Source: Amoebidium appalachense (taxonomy: Eukaryota; Protista; Ichthyosporea). Taken from it: a stretch of 64,000 nucleotides of DNA. Shown piece by piece: positions 1 to 16,246 of this stretch. Each line of letters opens with the position of its first letter. Position 1 is the stretch's first letter. Both the position numbers and the translations under genes were made by a program. Under the pieces are notes generated by a model. It did no database searches, had not been told where the DNA came from, and was given only the letters and a program-made list of their open reading frames with translations. The DNA lies in NCBI GenBank assembly GCA_963693365.1, contig CAVNZM010000005.1, positions 1-64,000 of the forward strand, read 5' to 3'.

Positions 1-1727
1 GTTATTTGCACATCACCCTAGGTTTCAATCTATTCTTCACATACACCCATGCCAATCCGCTTTTCGTAAAAACAATTCATGTTATGTTCAAATAATGGCA
101 CTGCACGATTCTATGCAAGTTGGTGCACAATATGTTGGCTTTATTGATTGGAAAACTGCTTACGATTCTGTCTCCCCTGGTCTCCTATGGGAAAAGCTTG
201 CTGCACGGGGTGTACCACACTGCATTGGTGTTCTGTTAGAAGCACTCTTGTCTCAAACCTATGGTAGAGCTGTGGTTAATGGGCATCTTTCATATGGTTT
301 TGCTCGTACTAGAGGTCTCTTGCAGGGTTCATTGCTTAGCCCCTTTTTGTTTAACCTATTTATAGATGATTTGGCTGTCAAGATTTACGCCGAAAACGAT
401 GACCCTATTAATAACTTTCCGCCTGCACTTCTCTATGCTGATGATCTGTCCCTCCTTGCCCGTACCCCTAGACGCCTGCAAAGATTGTTCGATGTAGTGT
501 CAGAGTGGTGCAAGGCAAACCTTATGATCCTTAACATAGACAAATGTGGTGTTCTTGTACCTGATATAGCTAACAATTTACACACATTTACATTATCATC
601 TAAACCTGTACCTATAGTTCCAGAATACAAATATCTTGGTGTTCCGGTTGATTCTGTTGGTGTTATGTTTCCCCATATGGTCGAAAAGAGGGTAGAGTTG
701 GCTCGTAAGCGGTTAGCTTTCTTCTCGGCTAATATTTTTAAAGACACACCCCTCCATCCTTCTATTAGACTTACATTTATTCGCACTTTTGTCTTCCCGG
801 CATGTGAATATGGTTTACCCCTTCTCGCCGCTTGGATCAAGAAAGAGAGAACTAGAGCGCTTAAACCCTTGGCAAATTTCCTTGAAGCAGAAGTTGCCTC
901 CTTTCTATCTAACAACTGTTGTAAACCTGGGCCTGTAACGCTCTCGATATATGGTCTGGTCCCAATAGCTGCTAGAGTATCCTATCTCGCGCTGAAATTC
1001 AATAAGCACATAAGCCGCTTAAAGAAGTATTTGCCCTCCCACCCTCTCTTCTCTATCCGACCTGTCCCCTCCTCACCTCTCCCCTCTTTCCTCCCCTCTC
1101 TCTCCCCTTCAAGTTCTCCCCTGGGCACAAATACAAATAAACCCCGCAATAGTGTGTGTGTGACTTTGAACTGCCACTTACTTATTAAACATGTACACAA
1201 TCACAAGATAATCACGCAATATAACAAATGGAAAAAGATACCACACGACACTAGACCCGATGAAAGCATACACCTTGAAAAACTAAGCCTTATGTCTCAA
1301 TTTATATATACTGACCGCCTCAACCATATTGCCAAATATGGCACTCGCAAGTGTATAACACCTAAATACATATTACCTTCCTGTAGAACTGGTCTTTCTC
1401 TAGCTGATGGTATTATTGATCAATTACCACGCTTTTACTGTACACGTGCTATACAGTGGAGATCTAATAAGTATAAGGTGGCATCATTTGCATGCCCAAA
1501 CAACACACACACACACCAGTTTAACCGGTCATGTATCGCCAAATGTAGTTTGATAGACCACATAATACCGCAACACACACACGTCACATTCACAACAGAC
1601 ACCCAGAAAGATAGCCTACCTGTAAATTACAACATCCTTGATTTTATACTAAACACGCGTAACTACGACCTGTTTATTAGATGTATTGATTGGCTTGAGA
1701 AACACATCACTACAAAATTATAGCGCA

Positions 1728-1792
<65 letters not shown>

Positions 1793-1824
1793 CCAGCTGA
1801 TACCGAGTGTCCCGAGGGGAGCCC

Positions 1825-1870
<46 letters not shown>
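1..1870 (+). mobile_element. LINE-like (non-LTR) retrotransposon, 3' portion ending in (CA)n plus an A-tract
   Basis: RT ORF stop at 1723, (CA)n at 1732-1790, a short unique stretch, then a ~42-nt A run at 1829-1870 consistent with a poly(A) tail. The 5' end and TSD are outside the window. Confidence 0.8.
2..1723 (+). CDS. Non-LTR retrotransposon ORF2, reverse transcriptase and C-terminal region (5'-truncated by window edge)
   Basis: The frame is open from base 2. RT motifs: QSAFRKNNSC, FIDWKTAYDSV, RGLLQGSLLSPFLFNLFIDDL, LLYADD, YKYLG. The C-terminus has a Cys/His cluster (CPNNTHTHQFNRSCIAKC). No introns. Confidence 0.93.
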   Translation, partial: LFAHHPRFQSILHIHPCQSAFRKNNSCYVQIMALHDSMQVGAQYVGFIDWKTAYDSVSPGLLWEKLAARGVPHCIGVLLEALLSQTYGRAVVNGHLSYGFARTRGLLQGSLLSPFLFNLFIDDLAVKIYAENDDPINNFPPALLYADDLSLLARTPRRLQRLFDVVSEWCKANLMILNIDKCGVLVPDIANNLHTFTLSSKPVPIVPEYKYLGVPVDSVGVMFPHMVEKRVELARKRLAFFSANIFKDTPLHPSIRLTFIRTFVFPACEYGLPLLAAWIKKERTRALKPLANFLEAEVASFLSNNCCKPGPVTLSIYGLVPIAARVSYLALKFNKHISRLKKYLPSHPLFSIRPVPSSPLPSFLPSLSPSSSPLGTNTNKPRNSVCVTLNCHLLIKHVHNHKIITQYNKWKKIPHDTRPDESIHLEKLSLMSQFIYTDRLNHIAKYGTRKCITPKYILPSCRTGLSLADGIIDQLPRFYCTRAIQWRSNKYKVASFACPNNTHTHQFNRSCIAKCSLIDHIIPQHTHVTFTTDTQKDSLPVNYNILDFILNTRNYDLFIRCIDWLEKHITTKL

Positions 1871-1872
<2 letters not shown>

Positions 1873-1989
1873 GGGGAACCCCAACTAATTGATTTCTCCT
1901 TGTAGTCTTTATGGTGTCTCGTAGAGAAAGTAAACCCTGATATATAGTCACCACCCGACATCTATGTACGTGATCATGATATACCGCTG

Positions 1990-2690
1990 AGGGGATATTC
2001 CGAGCAAACCCCCCCCCCCATACCTGAGACTGGTTCTCTTTGCCTCGAGTAAACAGCGTAAACCCCTATCACATATCCTTACGATATATATGATAATCGA
2101 TCAAAAGATACATATATATCTATATGATATCATTTCGAGGTCATTATAGGAGGTTTCGTATATGGTAATACATCTATAAGATACTATTACAGATGTCCTT
2201 TTCATATACAACGGATAGGTATAGGATGCCGAAAACATTATCTAAAGATCATACGTTAAATGTCATAACGATATAAGCCTCATAACATAAAGATAACTAG
2301 GATGGGTCAAAAGAAATTTCGTAATAATATCGTTTTGATAGTTTTAGGAGCCTTTAAAGATATGAGAAGTTCTGGCTGTATGTCCTCTACACGACATCTT
2401 TCTAGTATCTGTTACATATCGTTAAAACATATAGTAGTTTATCAGCTAACCATTCCTTATGATATTAGTAGCATATCGTTAACATAACTCTGTCACATCT
2501 TTTTGACATACAGCACATATATCAAAACGATAAATTTAAGGTATAATTAAGATTTATTAAGAATGATTTTCGCAATATAGTTATATTATCCTTTTCATAT
2601 CATTATGTTATGTCTTGATATATATGATTGAGCCATTTTCAAAGTTGATATCATCCAGACGTCGTTTCCGATCACTGTTTGATGTCGTTT
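1990..2690. repeat. AT-rich region dense in ATATC/GATATC-like hexamers; probable diverged transposon subterminal region
   Basis: Shares CATATCCTTACGA (2052) with ~9225 and ~9507. Starts near CCGAGCAAAC (~2000), which resembles the reverse complement of the termini at 10296 and 19363. Confidence 0.4.
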
Positions 2691-2732
<42 letters not shown>

Positions 2733-3399
2733 ACCGGCCCCCCCCCCCGCCCCTCACCCCTTTCGAACCTGCCTGTCACGTGGTCATATGTCGTCGAGCC
2801 GCTGATTACAGATCCATTTTCTGCAGACACGTCCCACTGGAACGTGTCAACTATAACTCATCTATTATCTTTTACGTAGGGTTATGTCCCACTGGGGCGT
2901 GTCTGTCACTTCAAATATTTTCTAAGACAAATATTTTTAAAGACATGTCCTCGGGACATGTCTTCACACAATTTATTCGAACTACGAAAACACACAAAAT
3001 AAATACACAGACACACACAAAATAATAATAATAATAATAAAAATAATAAAAAGCTCTGTTACTTTTTCTCTTCGCACACACACACACAAAAAAAAAGAAA
3101 AAAAGAAAAAAAAAGAAAAGTCACTCTTTTGTGTGTGTGTGTGGGGGGGGGGGGGGGAGGAGTATAAAAGAGCAGCAACGAACATAAACAAAACTCAAAA
3201 CAAGCAAACTATTATGCGGGTTTCTAAGAAGCTCCCAACATCATTAAACTAAACACATGCTAATCCCTTGACAGAAGAGTAACAAGGTGTGTGTGTATGG
3301 GTATGAGGCCCAAAAAAAAAAAAAGGACGCCCAACATGACAATATAAGGGGGGCACTCTTACACCAAACCATACCATACCAAATGCCGGCAGAGTAATT

Positions 3400-3642
3400 A
3401 ACAGGACAAAGAGCCGGTACCCACCTATGGGTGCTAAACATGCACATGATCATTCATGTGCTATAAGAGCAACACAGAAACGAAACACGGAAACAACAGC
3501 AGCCATAGGACAAAGAACCAGACCCACAGGGTCTTGCCTCCATACTTTATTTACCTTAACAGGACAAAGAGCCGGTACCCACCTATGAAACGAAAAACGG
3601 AAACAACAGCAGCCATAGGACAAAGAGCCGGTACCCACCTCT
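3400..3642 (+). repeat. Mosaic direct repeats
   Basis: GGACAAAGAGCCGGTACCCACCT occurs three times (~3404, ~3562, ~3618). CGGAAACAACAGCAGCCATAGGACAAAGA occurs twice. Confidence 0.7.
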
Positions 3643-4177
3643 AGATGATAACGTAGCCTTATAGCTGCTGATGACTTCATGGGCCAACCTTGCCAAAACC
3701 TGTAAAGGAACTCGAGCTAAGAATTAGCTCATCCTACTTGCGAGAAGTGGGGGGGAGGGGGGGGGGGGGGGGGGGGGGGGGGACTGAGGGGGCTGACTGA
3801 GAGTGGCAAAAAAAGAGTCGACAGAACCAACCTTAAACATAGTAAGGACGGAAACCCGGACCAGAACTTATGAAGTCTAGAGAAGCAGAAAATAGCTTGA
3901 ACGATCGGTGGAGGGGATGATAGCTATAGTGCTAACAGCAAAAGTAGTGCCCACAGTGGCTGGTTCATGAACGTGAAAGGCAACGTGCATCTGCAGCCAG
4001 CAGACACACGCACACGCACGCACGCACACACACATACACACACACACACACAGACACAGACACAGACCAGACAGACAAACGCCATATGCACAAAAGCAGG
4101 CAACACAAAACTAACCTTCAAGAAGAAGCTGCAGCATGCAGCATGGTCCAAAACAATCAGCACGGTGGCTGCGCGAT

Positions 4178-4292
4178 CTGCGGAGGGGATCTGTGACCAG
4201 GCGCTGCGGGAAGGGAACTGCGACCAGGCGACCTGCGGGAAGGGACCTGCGACCAGGTGACCTGCGGGAAAGGACCTGCGGACCTGCGGGAA
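4178..4292 (+). repeat. ~29-bp GC-rich minisatellite, ~4 copies
   Basis: Unit approx. CTGCGGGAAGGGACCTGCGACCAGGCGAC. Confidence 0.75.
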
Positions 4293-4645
4293 GGGGGAAG
4301 AGAAATGGAGAAAACAACGTGCGTACAGGCTTAAATGGAGAAAAAAATTGCAAACCGGATTGGGATTTAGCCAATCACTATTCGCCGCGCCTGATTAGGA
4401 AAAAGATAAAAATAGATTTCGGCTCGCGCGCGCGCGTGCATCAGCTTGGTGCCCTTAGCGCTACCCTTAGTGCCCTTAGTCACAACTATCAGACTATAGT
4501 TACGTGTCCTCCACTTCTTTGTTCTTGACCATTTTTTCGGCATGAAAGGGTTTCTGTTACTTCTTGCTGTCCTTCTTAGCGTGCTTGCTTGTCTTTTTTT
4601 CAACATGGGTGTCACTGGCGCTTTCGACTTCTTTGAAATCACACA

Positions 4646-4676
<31 letters not shown>

Positions 4677-5217
4677 GCACGCGCGCACGCCACACACTCA
4701 CACATGCACACTGCACACACACACACACACACACACACAGGCGCGCACACACAGGCACGCACACACACACAGGCGCACACCTACACAACACACACAGCAC
4801 ATGCACACACAAGCGCACACACGCACACACCCTGTTATCCCTGATCATGATGCCCCCTCCCCCCCCCCCTCCCTCTTCCCCCCCGCGCACCCCCCCCCCC
4901 CCCCCCCCCCCCCCACCCACCCCACCCACCCACCTACAAAGACGAAAACATTGTACATGTATTGCATACACAAATATACTCGCACATATACATACACACA
5001 TTCACTTTAATCTTTCAGGCTACATGTGCAATATACATTAATTATGCACAGTCGATAGAATTCGTTGTGAACCCCCCCCCCCCCCCCCCCCCTCCCCCCT
5101 CCTCGTTCCCCCCATATGCAATGGGGATAATATTGTTTCCCGCTATTATTTAAAAAATCACCGTTCTAACTTCTTAAGACCGAACCACTTGTAACACCGA
5201 CAGTTTCGGTTGTGTGG

Positions 5218-5263
<46 letters not shown>

Positions 5264-5373
5264 CCCACCCACCACCTTACCAATATTGAGGTGTACACTG
5301 CCCCCACATCCCCAACTGTGTGCTGAATATCCCGTGCTAGGAAACCAATAACGTGAAAGTAACACATGCCGCA

Positions 5374-7285
5374 TGTGGGTAGTTATTGAAAAAACCAATA
5401 ATGTCTAGGTAACATACCGTATGATGTACATATACTATGCTACAAAGGGGGTTCTATACGAGCTACAACGTTGTGTTTTTTTCGTGTGACCCTCGTACTC
5501 CAGGGGCACATTCACCATCCCCCCCATAAACTTTGTGGTAAAGTTCTCGTGCTAGAAGCTGTTCTGTGGGTAGTTATTGAAAAAACGAATAATGTCTAGG
5601 TAACACATGTACATATGCTATGCTACAAGGGGGGTTCTATTCGAGCTACAATGTTGTGTTTTTTTCGTGTGACCCTCGTACTCCAGGGGCACATTCACCA
5701 TCCACCCCATAAACGTTGTGGTAAATCTCTCGTCCTAGAGGCTGTTCTGTGGGTAGTTATTGAAAAACCAATAATGTCTAGGTAACATATATATGTACAT
5801 ATACTATGCTACAAGGGGGGTTCTATACGAGCTACAACGTTGTGTTTTTTTCGTGTGACCCTCGTACTCCAGGGGCACATTCACCATCCCCCCCATAAAC
5901 GTTGTGGTAAAGCTCTCGTGCTAGAAGCTGTTCTGTGGGTAGTTATTGAAAAAACCAATAATGTCTAGGTAACATACTATGTACATATACTATGCTACAA
6001 GGGGGGTTCTATACGAGCTACAACGTTGTGCTTTTTTCGTGTGACCCTCGTACTCCAGGGGCACATTCACCATCCCCCCCATACACGTTGTGGTAAAGCT
6101 CTCGTGCTAGAAGCTGTTCTGTGGGTAGTTATTGAAAAAACGAATAATGCCTAGGTAACACATGTACTTATACTATGCTACAAGGGGGGTTCTATTCGAG
6201 CTACAATGTTGTGTTTTTTTCGTGTGACCCTCGTACTCCAGGGGCACATTCACCATCCACCCCATAAACTTTGTGGTAAATCTCTCGTGCTAGAGGCTGT
6301 TCTGTGGGTAGCTATTGAAAAACCAATAATGTCTAGGTAACATATGTACATATACTATGCTACAAGGGGGGTTCTATACGAGCTACAACGTTGTGTTTTC
6401 TTCGTGTGACCCTCGTACTCCAGGGGCACATTCACCATCCCCCCCATAAACGTTGTGGTAAAGCTCTCGTGCTAGAAGCTGTTCTGTGGGTAGTTATTGA
6501 AAAAACCAATAATGTCTAGGTAACATACTATGTACATATACTATGCTACAAGGGGGGTTCTATACGAGCTACAACGTTGTGTTTTTTTCGTGTGACCCTT
6601 GTACTCCAGGGGCACATTCAACATCCCCCCCATACACGTTGTGGTAAATGTCTCGTGCTAGAAGCTGTTCTGTGGGTAGTTATTGAAACAACCAATAATG
6701 TCTAGGTAACACATGGACATATACTATGCTACAAGGGGGGTCTATTCGAGCTACAACATTGTGTTTTTTTCGTGTGACCCTCGTACTCCAGGGGCCCATT
6801 CACCATCTCCCCCATAAACTTTGTGGTAAATGTCTCGTGCTAGAAGCTGTTCTGTGGGTAGTTATTGAAAAAACCAATAATGTCTAGGTAACATACTATG
6901 TACATATACTATGCTACAAGGGGGGTTCTATACGAGCTACAACGTTGTGTTTTTTTCGTGTGACCCTCGTACTCCAGGGGCACATTCACCATCCCCCCCA
7001 TAAACTTTGTGGTAAAGCTCTCGTGCTAGAAGCTGTTCTGTGGGTAGTTATTGAAAAAACGAATAATGTCTAGGTAACACATGTACTTATACTATGCTAC
7101 AAGGGGGGTTCTATTCGAGCTACAAGGTTGTGTTTTTTTCGTGTGACCCTCGTACTCCAGGGGCACATTTACCATCCCCCCCATAAACGTTGTGGTAAAT
7201 TTCTCGTGCTAGAGGCTGTTCTGTGGGTAGTTATTGAAAAACCAATAATGTCTAGGTAACATATGTACATATACTATGCTACAAG
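5374..7285 (+). repeat. Satellite array, 182-191-bp unit, 10 full copies plus 1 partial
   Basis: Units start with TGTGGGTAG at 5374, 5565, 5748, 5934, 6120, 6303, 6485, 6671, 6853, 7039 and 7222 and are highly similar. Confidence 0.97.
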
Positions 7286-7397
7286 GTGCTACAAGGGAGG
7301 AGATATTTTATGAACGGGAGAGTGAGCCGAGAATGTGTAGATAAAGAACAGAGGAATATCGAGGCAACCGTGGTGTACCCTGTCTTTATGTGAACAC

Positions 7398-7429
<32 letters not shown>

Positions 7430-7496
7430 CTCGCGCGTTCGTGTCTACCGATGTACGTGCACACGGGCATGTGTTTGGGTGTGTGTATGTACGTGT

Positions 7497-7542
<46 letters not shown>

Positions 7543-7567
7543 AGGTGCGCATGGTAACGTGTGTGTG

Positions 7568-7647
<80 letters not shown>

Positions 7648-7680
7648 CAACGTGCCTGTGTGTGTGTGTGTGTGTGTGGC

Positions 7681-7711
<31 letters not shown>

Positions 7712-8019
7712 AGGGCAACGTGTCTGTCTGTGTGTGTGTATCTCTCTCTGTGTGTGTGTGTTTGTGTGTGTGTGTGTGGCAGCGTGCGTGTCTCGCTGTG
7801 TGTGTGTGTGTGTGTGTGTGTCATGATTGACGACATAGGTTCAGAAGAAGAGTGTGTATCACTACGTTGCAGTTTTCACATACTTTGTAGTTCACGCGCG
7901 CGGAGGCATAATGTTAACGTGCGTTACCGGTTATAGAAAGCACAAGCGTAACTAGCGTTTTATATCATAAATAGTCATAAAATGGTAACGTTCATTATAA
8001 CTACGATGCATGAGAATAG

Positions 8020-10296
8020 AATGATATCAACAATACATACATTAGATATCGTACGGATATCTTGCGATATATCATCTGGTGTCCGGAGAATGTGCACGTG
8101 CCTGTGATGTGCACCCGCCCTAATGCAGTAAGGTATTGTTTTCAGGCGCTAATAAACCTTCAAAGGTGGTAACATCCTCGGAACACACAAAATATAAAAT
8201 TGCAATAAATAACCATTTTCCTGCTTCGATGCTCGAAATTGGTACTATGTAGTTACTAGATTGCTCTATTTTGCCTAGTGTTTAGTGTTTCGGACGTTCG
8301 CAATTTACACTCTGCCACATGGCACTTGCCAAATGGGGTAATTTAGTTTTATTTGCGGCCGTTGTGGTTGCGTGTTTATCTAACAAATATCATTATGAGA
8401 TGTTTATGACCCCTGTGGGATATGTACAAGATCAGACCATAGAAGATCAGGTCGTTGCGATGTCGTAAAGATGGCAGAAACATATCTTCATTAGATGTAT
8501 GCGATAATCTCAATTAAACATGAAACGTGATTGGCTGATCACAGTTGGGTGACCCTGAGCATGCCGTTTTGAAGAATAACAACCAATCAAAATCGGGTTT
8601 GCCATTTTGTGATTTTCGTCCCACAATCGAACGGAAAAGTGATTTCCTGGCCCTATATAAATGGCCATGCCACCATCACATTCAGATGGCCGCAATGAGC
8701 CCCGCAATGCCCCGTGTGAGTAATTGGCGGGTTTCCCAACGATTGCTCAGCTGGCTTGATCACAAAAATTTTCTTTGCGCGTATATCGCAACCATTCTCA
8801 TCGGACATCTAATAGACATCTAAAGGATTTTTCGATTGTTCTTCTGATATCTTTCTAATATCCACAATGCTGCCGTTTAGATATCACATTGATGTACTTA
8901 CAAAAGACACTGACCTTCTACTGCACGGATGTTCTTCTGATATCTTTCTAATATCCACAATACTGCCGCTTAGATATCACTGGGATGGCAAGCTTATGTA
9001 TCATATACTTATGAATTCGATATATAAATATATCCCTATGCGGATATCGCAATGATAATCTAAGGGCCTCTAAAAGATATGTAGATGATACCTCGTGGAC
9101 TACTGCTCTGGACAGATTAGGATATTCAAATGATAGGTTACAGCATATCACATTGATGTACATAGCGACATCTTACCGATATCAATCACACAACTCACTA
9201 GTCTTTATTTAGATATATCAGGTACATATCCTTACGACGTGTACAAAGATATGAATTAGATATCGTAGCTTGGGCCTGCAAAGAGGCAGTTGTGATATGT
9301 TTGAGATGTAGGACCAAAAACAGATAACATATTGAATATAAAAGGGATATCAAAAAGAATATCAAAAGGATACCCACAATGCTGCCGTTTTAGACAGAGC
9401 GGGATATTCAAATGATAAGTTACAGCATATCACATTGATGTACATAGGGGCATCTTACACATACCAATCACATATATCACAAGTCTTTATTTAGATATAT
9501 TTGGTACATATCCTTACGACCTGTACAATGATATGAATTAGATATCATATCTTGGGCCTGTGGACAAAGGGATATCCGAAAGGATATCAAAAGGATGTCT
9601 TCAACATGCCTACTGGTTGTGTACAAGGGTATCTTCTGGATTACCCCCATGGGCGCATAACGATATCAAAAAAATGGTTGTAGGTACATCACAACGATGT
9701 CCAGACGATATCAAAACAACATCTGTATTATATTCAATTTATAAGCATACATGTTATCCATCAGATATCACGTGGATATCAATTTGTATTGTCCCACGAC
9801 ATCAGGTAGATATCGTCATGTAATGCGTATTGGATGGGATTAAGATATTCTATAATGAGGGATATCTGTAGGCTATAACAAAGACATCTAACAGATATCG
9901 TTTGGGGCACCAATATCCTAAACGTATGTGAAACATATCCAAAAGAGCTATTATGACCTTGCTAACATACATATCACTAGGATAGCATATGGATATCATA
10001 ATGCTATGAGGAAATTTTGAGATTTTCGGTCAAAAACCAAAACCATCGTGGTTTTCTATGATATCGTAAGGATATCGTAAGGATATCAGCAAAGGATGGG
10101 TTTCGGATATGCGCCATACCATAACCAATCCGAACCCTATCAAAGATATCATTGATAGGGATCTGATGGGTTCTATCCGGGAATTCTATGATATCTTGTC
10201 AGGCTCTTTTTGACGTATTTAGGGTGGGGTTTGGTATGCCATATATCAAAATGATATATAAGATGGGTTTCGGATGCCGGATGAAGTTTGCTGATG
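8020..10296. mobile_element. GATATC-dense region ending in a conserved terminus (copy A); putative DNA-transposon end
   Basis: More than 20 GATATC hexamers counted by eye. Internal duplication at ~9110-9370 / ~9395-9600. The last 36 nt match 19328-19363 at 28/36 positions, ungapped. Confidence 0.55.
8578..8660 (+). promoter_or_regulatory. CCAAT box / TCCCACAATC / TATA promoter-like module (copy A)
   Basis: AACAACCAATCAAAA ... GTGAT ... TCCCACAATC-25 nt-TATATA. Same motif order and the same 25-nt spacing occur at 18225-18296. Confidence 0.6.
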
Positions 10297-10373
10297 CACA
10301 CACACACACACACACACACACCACTTTTGGCCATAACGGCTGCCCTGCGCTGAAGACTCCCTTTGCACAGACA

Positions 10374-10511
10374 ACTTCACTTGTGCCCTTGTTGCCACTT
10401 CACTTTACCCTTGTTGCCACTTCACTTTACCCTTGTTGCCACTTCACTTTACCCTTGTTGCCACTTCACTTTACCCTTGTTGCCACTTCACTTGTACCCT
10501 TGTTGCCACTT
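10374..10511 (+). repeat. 22-bp minisatellite, ~6 copies
   Basis: Unit GCCACTTCACTTTACCCTTGTT at 10394, 10416, 10438, 10460, 10482. Confidence 0.92.
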
Positions 10512-10713
10512 TGACACAGCTACGAGTGCCTATACACACGTACGCACGTACACACGTACACATGTATACACGTATACACGTACACACACACACACAAACA
10601 CACACAACACACACACTGAGTCTGACACACACACTGAGTCTGACACAGACACACGAAACGTACAATATGTACGTGGCATTACTGATACTGATTGACACAA
10701 TATTCTCATACAG

Positions 10714-15870
<5,157 letters not shown>

Positions 15871-15878
15871 GTTTCTCT

Positions 15879-16246
15879 CCTGTGTTGATTTTTTTTGAAC
15901 TGTATTCTGTAATGATGTAGACCGTCAAGATTCTGAGTAGCAGACATGACATATACGTGTGCATCGTTTGCATCGTTCTGTGATGTAAGTTCAAAGACCC
16001 TGGTGGCATTTTCATTGTAAATAGCTGATAATTTGTTATGACAAATGAGACTTTGCATTCTAGAGATACTTGATATAGTGAGTAAAGATTATGCTGATAG
16101 CATCCGTTCGGTGGCGTATGCCTGCTGTGTTGATCTTTTTTGAATTGTATTCTGTAATGATGTAGGCCGTCAAGATTCTGAGCAGGAGACAAGACATATA
16201 CGTGTACATAGTTACTGCTATGTAAGTTCAAAGACCCTGGTGGCAT
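15879..16246 (+). repeat. Diverged ~120-bp direct repeat pair just downstream of the MTase stop
   Basis: 15879-16008 vs 16126-16246 share TGTATTCTGTAATGATGTAG..CCGTCAAGATTCTGAG..GTAAGTTCAAAGACCCTGGTGGCAT. Confidence 0.85.

Noticed and set aside
4542-4640. Signal-peptide-like ORF MKGFLLLLAVLL..
   Set aside because: It runs directly into (CA)n with no donor site, and the minus strand gives an equally plausible Lys-rich fragment; unsupported
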